In this document: positions 24,901-37,500 of the stretch, in pieces
Position numbering within the stretch: position 1 is the stretch's first letter
How the letters are laid out: the number at the start of each line of letters is the position of its first letter
Assembly (NCBI RefSeq): GCF_033153115.1
Contig: NW_026889755.1
Coordinates: 558,001-622,000 of the forward strand
Length of the DNA stretch: 64,000 nucleotides
From: Saccostrea echinata
Lineage: Eukaryota
Direction of reading: 5' to 3'
Translations under genes and position numbers: made by a program
Notes under the pieces: model-generated
What the model was told of the DNA's origin: nothing
The model's input: the letters and a program-made list of their open reading frames with translations, nothing else
The model's database searches: none

Positions 24901-27900
24901 CCTATTGATGTTAAGGTCAAAAGGTCTAATGTCAAGGTCAAAAATTAATAAATTCTGTCTGTTTTAGCACTTTCGTTTCAGCGCGATATCTCGAGAATCC
25001 TTTGAGCTTTTGCAATGAAATTTTACATTACCACTTCCTGTGGCATAAGGAAGACACCTATTGATTTTGAGGTCAAAAAGTCAGAGTTCAAGGTCGTAAA
25101 TTCATACATTCTGTCTGTGTGTAACACTTTCGTTTCCGGACGATATCTCAAGAAACTTTTGAGCTTTTGCAATGAAATTCTATACCATAACTCCCTATGG
25201 CCTCTCTCGCCCCCCTCAAAGTGTGCCGCCCCGTTTTTTTTTTTATTTATTGTATTAAAAGTCGCTTGGCAACATTTTTAGCACAGGGGTATGTTTAGAG
25301 TTATTTTGTAAATTACAGGTTGTCGGTGCACTTTGTATTCTAATTACATCTATCAGAACTGGTTAGTAAAGGCTAAATTAGACACCATGTATTATGTAAA
25401 ATTTTGACAATATCGAACGTGAATATAAACATTATATGTGACCTACTGTTTGCATTTAATTTGTTGTATAATCAATTGCCTCCGTGGTCTAGGGGTATGA
25501 TTCTCGCTTAACATGTGAGAGGCCTCAGGATCAATTCCCGGTCGATCCTTTTTCTTTTTTGGAAAATATTTCTTTTTTAATTTATTTACAATAAAAATGA
25601 TAGTATTCAGCATGTGAAATGAAAAGGTAATGATGTCTGGCTTGTACAAACTCATAAAATCATTGTAGAGTGTGATAAATTTCTATACAAAAAGAATCTT
25701 CTATACACATATTAAAGAACAAGCAATCAAAAATCTTTATATCCATATTGGCATTTTTTATTTGCTTCAATTATCATGTATACATTTAATAATTCTACAA
25801 ATCAAGGGGGGGGGGGTTCTGACCCCCCCCCCGAACTGCGCATGATCTTTTTTCCCTAAGCGGGGGACACAAATTCTCTGAATTAGCTTGTTTAACTATT
25901 GATTCGTTATTTGAATGCAAAATATTCACTATAAAGGTTTATTTCAATGTTTCTTCTATTAATAGAAGTATCATATCTATGTTTTCTCGCTGTTATATAT
26001 TTAACAGCACATTCATAAATGTATACGTATGCGTTCTCCGTCCCGACAATAATAATTATAACCTTTTGATTTAATCAAGCTTAGATACTCATTTAAATGA
26101 TTATTATGCTACTATATTATTTTAAATTTCCATAGATGATTTAGCAAAAGATAAAATCGCCACACAATCCACGGTCTACAAATGTATTCCTCCCTGTGGT
26201 CCAGACAAGGCTGTTGATGGCGATAGAAACACATGCATGAGAACGTACGGAATAGGTCCAAGCACTCCACATAAAACAGTATGGTGGACGGTTGATCTGG
26301 GTGCTTATCACAGCATTTACAGCATCAGTATAGATTTTAAGGCATATACAGAACATGGTGATTATGGTATTATTTGGTTTTACATAACTAATAAAAATAC
26401 TTATTTTTTTTTTAAATTAACACACAAATTATTTATTATTGTATTTACTACAGAAATCTATACATGTTTATCTAATGCAGGTCACTCACACTGAATGGTG
26501 TGCAACCCCGTACTTTTCAAACAAGACAAATACACTAACATTATAAAACATTATATGTAATTACCTTTCAATCATATCGTGATTTCCGTTAATTTGTAAG
26601 CAAATTGGAGTGAGTCCCCCCCCCCCCCCCCCCTCTCTAAAAATGAATTCGGGATTGTCACACAACCTTTTTCATTGAACCTGGAAAAGCACTGTGAATT
26701 AAGAAAACACCTCATTAAAGTGTATATCTAATGTAAAATAGCGAAAGAGAAAGAAAAACAGGAAGAAAAAGTTTGAATGCAAAAAAATATTACATATCAA
26801 GTGATTTCCATATGTTTCAGAGATGAGACAAAGAGGTCGTTTTGCTGGGTTTTCTCTTTATATTTCCAACACATCTTACAAAGAAGACGGTACACTTTGT
26901 TACAAGAACACACTTCCATTACCTCCCTTGAGGTTTGATACAACATGTATTGGATATGGTCGTTACGTCATCTATTTCAATGAAAGACTGGATGGAGTTA
27001 CGTACCCTGAAGGATATGAGACCTCCTTCACTGAGTTATGTGAAGTTAGAGTTCAAGGTTTTTNNNNNNNNNNNNNNNNNNNNNNNNNNNNNNNNNNNNN
27101 NNNNNNNNNNNNNNNNNNNNNNNNNNNNNNNNNNNNNNNNNNNNNNNNNNNNNNNNNNNNNNNNNNNNNNNNNNNNNNNNNNNNNNNNNNNNNNNNNNNN
27201 NNNNNNNTGGCAAGATGTCATATTTACCACCGAGGCATGTGTGAAAATCGTGAAAAAATCTATTGATAGTGTACTCTTTTCGGGAGAGGACTCTTTATGG
27301 AAGAGGACTATCTAAGTTTTTAGAACTTGTGTCCAATCCCTTTGACACATTGTCAATAAAATATGTTCAAAACAGAACAAACAAAACTCTTTTCGGGAAA
27401 TTTTCATGCAAGCCCAGCCTTAATCCCGAAAACAAAATAAGATTAATGAAAAAAGATAGATGACATACATATATTAAGAAATGTGCTCAATTGATAGTGC
27501 AGGTATTTCTCGAAGTATCCGCCTTGTTTGATGCTAAAGTGACATTTTCGTACTAGTTTTAATGCAGGGTTCTCCATGGGTTGTTTAACGTGGCGGGCCC
27601 GCCGCAGTTATAAATTCCCTAGCGTTAAAGTTAAAACATCAGAGCCATAGTTCCGCCACAGTCAAATATTAGTGCCACAGTAAGATCATGATTCATCATC
27701 GATCAGGGAGATACATGTATAAATTTATAAATCTCAAAATCTCCAAATTATATATTACCGTTCTCCAGTTTCCAATGCTTATAACTGTTAAATTAGGGCC
27801 CATTGTTTGGCTTGCTAAATAAATTATCTTCTAGATCTCCATATATATTACTGATTATATATTTACTTCATTCTTTTTTTTTTCTTTATATACTTGTCTA

Positions 27901-28460
27901 TTTTTGACCCTTGACTTTTATTTTTGTTTGTATATATGTATTACGTACATTTTGTACCAGTGGTCTGGTTTTGAGAGAATAAAGAATTGAGACCTCGCTG
28001 GACTTTGCGCATGAAATAAAAGAGACAAACATTTTTTTTTTTCACACTTCCCGGTAATTGCAAATGAATTCTTTAATACGCACTAATAACTTACTGAAGT
28101 TTTCCAAGATAACCTCATCTTTAAAAATTGTATTGACACTGTGAGGGAAACATCGTACGTATTTTAAAATCATATATTGGTTTTATGCTGAAAAACAACA
28201 TTAACTAACAGATATATCAAAATAGTATTTCATGTCTCTAAACTGCTATTTATGCTATTCTTATTCACAAATTTTATGATACTTCAGTCAACAGAGACAA
28301 GGAAATATATATATATCTAAGAAAGTTTGACCGTATGACTTATCAGGATTTCCTCTGCCCTTTAATGAACAAAGGCTGTAGGTATATATTGAATTGTTTG
28401 AAATAAAAATATTATTTGAAAAAAAAAACAACAAAAAAAAAAAAAAAAAACAAAACAAAA

Positions 28461-28502
<42 letters not shown>

Positions 28503-31500
28503 GAACAGGGATAAGCACTTAGAATTTATTACTGTTAAGCTAACTATTATTTTCAGATTCTATAAGCTAATTCTTGATTATTTTTAAAAACGTATGTAGA
28601 TTGGTGTGCGTGTATGTGTGGGGGTGGGGGATGGGAGGAGGCTTTTCTTCCCGATACACATATATAATGAAAACATCCCAGGTTGTGTTATATATTATTT
28701 TTACTCGATTTTGTATAGAGGATTCTTAAAGTCATCATTTTGTAAGTTCTATGGTCGATACAATGACTTTGTCATCAAATATATATAATCTAGCATTAAG
28801 ACATATGCTGACTTAGTTTTTCAAACACATTGTTAGGCCATTGTTTACACACTGAATTGTTGACGCATTTTCCGTTATTTCCCGATCATGGCATCGTGCA
28901 CAAGGCGGATGTGACCGGTAGCAGGGGATGCTCACTCCTCCATGGCACCGGATCCCACCTCTGATGTTTTTGAGATCCGTGCTTATTCTGTTCCGGATTT
29001 GTATTGTTTTAATGGACTTTGAGCTTGAATACTATTAGTTATATCCACATTTCATCCATTTAATGTTTTTTAATAATCAGAAAATTGATTTTTTAATTTG
29101 CAAAATAAATAATACCATCTTTGTATTAAACTAGTGATTGAGTAGTAATTCAGAAAAGCTGTATTATTTCATTCTATTTAGTGGTTTCCCTGAGAATTCG
29201 GTCGCGAAATGACCATGTTTATTTGCACTTCGCGTTAGTCTTGCGCCACAGTTAAATTTGAAATGATGGCAAACCCTGAAATTGCTTTATCGCTTGATGC
29301 TATATTATAAGCATAATTTAAATAGAAAACATGTTACAAAAACGCAGTCTACTGATTTGCATGAGGTCCTGAGTATTGTTGAGTAAATTGACCCTTATTC
29401 CAAGAATATGATAGTTTCAAGCAACAATTGTACTTTTTGGTGTGAAATAAATCTTGTTAAAATCACTGGTTAAAATAAACTTTGCTCATGCTAAGTTTCA
29501 TGTTTTGTATTTAAAAATGCCGTAACTTTTAGGAAGTTAAAAAGGCTACGTCATCGAATTATATGGGCGGCTTAGTTTTATTTCTTAGAGAAGCAATACA
29601 GTTTAAAAAAAATAGGATAGAAAAATTTGTTGTGAAAGAGATAATTTAGAGATACTTTAAAAAAATATCATCATTGATTTTCAAAGGAACAATTACACAC
29701 TATTTGGTCATGTGCAAGTAAACGATAAAAGCAAAAAGAGACCGAGCGAAATGACTTTCAGAAATCTTCGGTGTGGTGGGAATATTTAACAGTACCTGAG
29801 AAATGTGTAAATTTGCTAGATATCATTTCAACATAATAGATATAATTCAACGTATATAAATATCTCGTATATATTAAAAGTACCATCAGAATTAACTTAT
29901 ATTTGTAAAAAAAAATCATTTTAGAGGAAAAAAATACTCTTTTCATATTGACATTAATCATATACTTGAACAGTTTAATCGTATACTTGAACAATATTAC
30001 AGAATCTGTTTAAGCGGAATAAAAGTTTTTATTAGTATATATATATGGCCAGATCTGACTGAGTAAGCATACAGTGATAGACAATAAAAAAATAATTTAA
30101 ACTCTTTAAAAAAATAATGATGAAACACATGTAAAAATTAAGGTCCACGATACAGTTGAATAATTTCTATTATTCTAAAATGTTTCAAGAGACACATCGA
30201 AACATATTCCTGTGAATTAAAAAATAAAATATGCACCTTTACGATCAAATGGAAAAATAAATGAATGAAGCCAAATACTTTTTGATTGCAATGCTATTTA
30301 TACGCATATTTGTTTATGTTTTTGCCTTGTTCAAGATTTTAAAGCACTGGCAAGTCAGACTCCTGCAATTTTTATATAAATGTTTTAACATATTGAAAGC
30401 GTCCAATATGGAAATCAAACCATGTTGAAAGAAATTCTTTTTAATATGAGCACGATGTCATCCAGTTCAGTACAGGCTGAAATAATACAATTCCATTATA
30501 TATTTATATTAAAACCATCAAAATAATTTTTTTATAAATTTGATTTTAACTAATTCTGATCAATTATAGAACATTCACATGTTGCATTGAAATAATTTAC
30601 CGAATTTGTGATTTTCGGAGAAAGGCTTTCTCTGTAGACAACGAATGAGCTTTTTTTAATTTATTTTATTTATTAAGGTTGTTCTAAATCAGGGGTATAT
30701 GGAAGTCGCTGTAGTACACCTTGTCCAGTCAATTGTCTAGAACAAACATGTAATATTGTCAACGGAACATGCTTGGGATGTGCACCTGGATACGTGGGAC
30801 AAATGTGCAAAGCCGGTATATTTTATAAAAATGAAAATGTAGTAAACAACACATGTCATACATGTATTCCATTTGAACATTACAGTTAATTATGATGTTA
30901 TGTATGGATACCTTTAAAAACAGAATGTCCATTTGGATGGTATGGTCCAGGGTGTATCAGAAAATGTACAGAAAATTGTGAAAGAAATATTTCATGTAAC
31001 CACGTGACTGGTGACTGTGAAGCAGGTTGTATAGCTGGATGGATGGGGAAGCAATGTGATAAACGTAATTATTACAAAGCTAATAAATAGTCTATAATGA
31101 AAAAACTACTAGAGAATTTTAGCGTTCAATATCTTGGCGTTTTATTGAACGCCGAGTTTGTATTACGTAAATGAGTATACCCAAAACATTCCAAAGACGA
31201 GCGTTTAATATCGAACGCCCGAGCCCTTAGCAAACAAAAAATGTCGTCTGGTCAACCTCTCAAAGGCAAATGTATGAGAGGTAGTGACAGCTAGGTAAGA
31301 TGTGTTTATTTTCACACAAAATTGAAATTATTTGTTTAATAATTTAGTACCTATTAGCCTCAATAATACCTCAGAAAACAAATCATAACGTTTGGTAGAT
31401 CATTGGAATGACGCGATATTGAACACTTACAGGACAGACATTAATTTGAATACCGATACTAAAAAAATCTTGTTAATTGGAGTTATTTACCTGAAATAAT

Positions 31501-34500
31501 TAATAAAAATCAATGGTAGATGTTTTAGCTATATAATCGCAAGCTCGTGCATTTGTACAGCTAATTCGTGCCAATATTCACCAATACAAGTTCAATAACC
31601 TTATAATACAACTTAAATACTGTGGAAGCATCAATATTCATAAGGGACCAATGTTTGTGAGTCACCCTTATCCACGAATTTACATACCCACGAACAACTA
31701 TTATAATTGTCATTATATTTACTCATTGCATCTTCTGTATATACAAGTTATCCTTGACAGTACATCCTCAGGAACCAACAAATTTTGCTTACCCACAAAA
31801 ATTGACCCCCACGAATTTTAATGATTTCACAGGAGTCCTCCTCCGTTTAGGACACAACACATAACTATTGTTTATATTAAGTAGCCTTATAAGAAGTTTT
31901 TTGAGTGAATACGCATTGTAATTTAATCTTATATGATGCTTTAGCTATATATACTGAATACTATTTCCCTTTGATGGGGTGGTATGATGTAAACTAATAT
32001 AGAAATCTTATTTTTTACTTTTTGAGCAAAATGAAGAAATTGTAAAGTACTCCTAAGATATACATTACATATTGCAACACTTGGTCTTAAGAGTAATATT
32101 TATGAAATTCGGAGTACCTTTAACCTTGCAATCTTGAAAATTGTTAGTATATTTATATGAGTGAATGATGACTTAATATTGTTTCTGAGAAGACTTTCAT
32201 ATAATTAAGAATCTGAACATTTATCATTCAATGTCTAAAAGAAAACACAGCACGAAAGGTTATAAGTTATATAAAAATTTTAAAATTTGGAAACATTCTA
32301 TTTTTTTTTTTTTCCATTTTATAAAGAGTGTAACGCAGGAACATATGGCTCAGGCTGTTTACAGGTGTGTAGTGACCATTGTCTAAATAACATCTCATGT
32401 AACAGAGAAAATGGGATGTGTGACTCAGGTTGTGACCCGGGGTATACCGGATATCTCTGTGTAAATGGTATCACATATATATTCCATATTTATGAAATTA
32501 TATGTACAAATTCTTTTGTATTTTACATTTAATTAAGATAAAGCATACGAATACATTATTCGAACTATGTTTTCTTTTTAATCAATAAGAATGTTCTCCT
32601 GGACGATTCGGAAAAGATTGTTTATGGAAATGTAGTGGTAACTGTTTGAATAACAAGAGTTGTAATCATGTCGATGGCGAGTGCAAGGATGGTTGTGCCG
32701 CTGGATACGAAGGACAGCTATGTAACAATGGTGTGTACAAAAAAAAAAAAAAAAAAATTTCTGGACATTTACATAAGGGAGGATGAAAAACTGTAAACAT
32801 GAGCATAAACAGACATGCACATTAACAGATGAGGGCTAACAAGTGCTCTCCATTTTGGAAATCCATGCAAACAAAAAAACATTGTTACATTCGATTATTA
32901 TAAATTTTTCCTGAAAAAGAATTTTCCGATGTATGAGAAACACACGAAACCATGAATAGATTTCTTGAAAGTTATGCATTTAATTCTTCTGCGTTTATGT
33001 AATTTATTGCTACATGTACGAGGGGTTATCAAAAAGTTCGTGGACTAGCGCCATAAATTAAAACCGTTTTAGGTACATCAATGAATTTTTACACAGTTAG
33101 TTAGCATCATCTTTTCTATCTATAGAATAAGCCATAAATCAATCGTTTTAATGTTTTAATAAATTATTAACGTTTTTTAAGCAATGGTATGTCCAGGCGG
33201 CGCAACCTCAAATATGATTTTTTTTTCTACCTGAGTGTAACTGAGAAAAACTCTTGATATGAGCATTTGTCATCAAAAAATCCCGTTAATTAAGGCATGT
33301 GTTACGACACAGTTGTTCTGTAAAAATTGCAATTTTTATCCCATTCTGCAAGTTCTATGAAATTTTATCGTAAATTTTATATGGAGTGTCCAAACAACTA
33401 TGGGCTTGAAAATGACGCCAAAAAGGGGGAGGGGTTTCTTTTTCCAATAAAGTTTCTCTCCTGGAAAAACTGGTATAGACCCAAAAAATGTTTAACTGGG
33501 CTAAAGAAAAATAAAATGCATCCAGTGTACATTGTTTTAAATGTCCAAAAGGATTCAGAGAGATGAAAGATGCACATTCAATGTCGATTTTTATTCAAGG
33601 TGTCAAAAGTCAGTCACGTTGAAAAGTGACGTTGATCATGTGTGGTAGAAATTGAACTCCAACAAGCTAAGTATTCTGGCATAATCAATTGAGGATCTTT
33701 CCCTATGTTTAGATCCATTTACAATATTATATGCATTGTAAGCAGCTGTTCATGACATTGTAAAGTCATATAAACAAGACGGGCTTAAGTCCTTACTTAA
33801 CTCCGAGTAATCTCATCAAGATAAGAGTATGAGTTAGAGAGAGCGGACAATGAGAAACAATGACGTTGTCGGACGTCATGAAACTAAACGGCGACAGCGC
33901 CGGGTGATCATATAATGTCTTTTTTATTTTATAATAATTTGGCAAATTATCAACGTATCAAGCTAAAATTTTCAACATTTCTTAAACTTTTATTGTTTTA
34001 TGGTCCTTATAAATTTTGTAAGCACAGACTACATAGTATTGATTTTATCACATCAGTCCACGAACTTTTTGATAACTCGTATATTGAAGGAAAAACTTGC
34101 ATTTTGACATTTTGCAAGAATACATTCTGCAGTCATTCTTCTTTGTTTATAGTTACACAAGTTTCAATTTCAGTTTGTTCAAACGGTTCTTTTGGTATTA
34201 ATTGTGATAAAACATGTTCAAGGCAGTGTATTGGTATATGCAATCATGTAGATGGTCATTGCGAGTGTTTACCTGGATTCCAAGGAGCACCAAACTGCAC
34301 AAAAGGTTGGATATTATATTTTTGATACAAATATTGACAGGAAATGACTGATTGCATGATATATGTTTTATTTTGCAATTGATGATTAACTTAGGCCTAT
34401 AGATAACAATTTGTTGGTTGTCAAATGCCAATATTTACATTTGCAAATGTCTTCTTTTATATAACACCATTAAAAGCAACGCGTATCTATATCCGTATAA

Positions 34501-37500
34501 ACACGGGTTCCTCGCGTCATAAACGTTGGACGTAATTTCTCAGTGACGTCATAAAGGGTTGACGCGCAATCAATAGATCAAACTCGTGCCGTTGAGTTTG
34601 AAAAATAAATCATTTCACCCGTTAAAGGTTATAATCAGGCTAAGATATAATATGAATAAGTCACAAATGTAAATATAAGTAATAAGGTATCATTTTAAAA
34701 CATCTATCGGGATATAAATACGGGTTGGTACGAGATCAAATTTACCATAAAGCCCTTCGGGCTTTATGGAATTTGATCTCGTGACCAACCCGTATTTATA
34801 TACCGATAGATGTTTGAAAATGATACCTTATTTCTTAAATATTCCAGTTATGAATACCTTAATTAAGTCAATAAATGTTTGCATAGATTGATTTAATTCT
34901 TCTCTAGAACTTTACATATCAGGGAGATCAATGTATGAAGTTGAAAGTTTATGAAAATTCTTATTTCTGATTTTGTAAATGATTTCAGAATGTGCCGATG
35001 GCTTCTTTGGAATAAACTGTCAGTATAGATGTAGTGGTCACTGTGTTAACGGTGAAACCTGCAATAGATTTGATGGAACTTGTCCTCTTGGATGTCAGAA
35101 AGAATATGTTGGACTGAGCTGTGATTACCAACGTATGTATCTGCTTTATAAGTTATGTCTTTTAAACGTCCACTAATGTATATAGGTGGACATGATACTT
35201 ACGTTACAAACAACGATTAAAGCGTAATATTTATTCATGTTGTAGATGAAACGTCCGCAAGCCAATGGATAATAGGATGTTCAATCTCTGTTGCACTAAA
35301 CATAATATTCATATTAGCTATTGCTGTTTTTGTCATAATTAAAAGGTAAGATGGCAGACCTTTTATTCATATTTTAAAGCTGAACGATTTGTCTGCCATA
35401 TTCTTTTATTCTGTCGTTATATCTGAGATCCCTATGAGCTGTTCACTAACACAAGGTTCAGTGTACTCCGTACTTATCTGAAGCGACAAAAGAAACTGCG
35501 TGCTTCTTTCACTGCAGGAGATAGAGTAACCAAAGAAACTGAAAACACTTGCACTGGTCAGTGCCGTATACAAACACCAGTGCACGTGAACTTCAATAAA
35601 ATGTAAACAAAGATAATGCAAGATAAACAGCACCAACACGTGTCGTCAATTCAACGCAGGTGCCCGTGACAAGAAAGCAGTCATGTGTAACGAATGCAAA
35701 GGGTATACCCCAGTGCTGATATCGGCGATTGGAAACACTAATATAGCTTATGCCTTTTTATGAGTCCTGTTCAGCTTTAAACTGCAAAGTAAACATACAT
35801 TATGTATTGTTGACAAGGTGGTCTCATATTATTCGGGTTAGTTTAAAGGCATTCAAGCGTATTGAAGTATTTTTCCTTTCTTGCTGTTAAAGAACGTATG
35901 TATCATTCTTGACTAGAAGAAGGAAATCTTTTAATTTTTTTTTATGGGGATTTACTTACTATTGGTCAAACTAAGAGAAACAAGGGCACGAAGTTGTTAA
36001 GTCTTATAATACGTCAATGTACATGTAGTACCCACATAAAATGATAATTATCAACTCAATATGATCACAACGAGAGTTGATATCATATGACACACCTCAT
36101 TCGATCGTTTAACGTCTACATGTCTTCTACAGTTATACAGCAATTTATTTTGGTAGAAAGCTCTCGTTGAGTGTGTTGTATCCTTTATCACCTTGTAATA
36201 ATTGATAGCGATTCTCTGTAACCACTTAAACTTTTTTGCCACGCATGGTCACCGATTTTTATGAAATTTTGCCCATTATTACAACTTGACACCAGAAACA
36301 TATATCAAATAAAATTTCGTTGCTTTGTGTCTTGGTTGCCATGGTAACAGCCAGAAAAGTCGGAGAAATTGAAATTTTCAGCTACTTTGAATCTTTATTA
36401 AGCCTTAATAAAGACTAAGAGAAACAAACAAACCATGTTCACAAAAATATGACAACTTGTTGCCACTTATGCTATAAAGAAACTTTTAGAATTTATCTCT
36501 GAGTAAGTGGTTACCATGGGTCCATTTGGGATACATTTTAGATGCTGAAAAATGCCGAAAACGCTCAATATTCACTAATGATAAGTGTTACATGATCAAA
36601 CTCAATCAACAACCGAAGAAAAACAATAAAAATATTTGACCTTAAATAATGAGGTATTGGCAATATTATTCTAAAAATAACTTTCATGGTTGCCATGGTA
36701 ACACAGTGTAACCATGCAAAATATGTTGCTAAGATTGGGTTAATGCTACTATCTTGAGGAAAAACAATAAAATTCATGACTGACACATATAAATCCTTAA
36801 GAACTTGCAACATCGACAACATAAGAAAAATTGGGATTAGTTGTTACTTTGCAGTGTAACCATGGAAACAACGTACCAGTTGTTTAAAGCGATAATTTTT
36901 TGCTGCCTTAGGAATTTACTTACCTTTTAATCAAGAAACATATTATTTGACTCACCTTGAATAGTACTTATCTGGTAGAACTAAAGTTGAATATCATACA
37001 TCGATAAAGTTTGTTGAAAAATATAACACTGTTGCTATGGTTACCAAGAAGGAAAGATGTTCGATTTTGTTAATTTTATATCAATATTAAACCCTATGTG
37101 CCAGCTTTTTGCATCCAGTTAGAGGGTGGGTGGTAGTCTAAATTGAAAGTCAGGTTAGTTGTACATAAATATCAATCATAAAAGTTTTGGGAATCTACAT
37201 ACAAGGGTATGTATCCTAGGAAACAGAATATTTTTCAGATTTTTATGCATATTTTTTCGGCTAATTTCCATAGCAACGCTCTATTTAAAGAGTTGAATTT
37301 GAATTTTTTGAAATGTGAAAATTAGGGTCACACCAACGCCTTTTAAAATTGATCATCAGTTATACAGAAATATGCTTTTTAAAAAGATATGATAAGATTA
37401 AAACACTAAGAGAGTAAATTTAAAATCCCTTCATGGTGTTAAAACCATGGCAACCATTGCCAACCTATAAGTAATATCATTTTTCGTCCTTGGTATATGT

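Noticed and set aside
26823-27315. Long ORFs running through X stretches (also 53916-54291)
   Set aside because: Artefacts of N gaps; the real exon ends at the GT donor after 27057.
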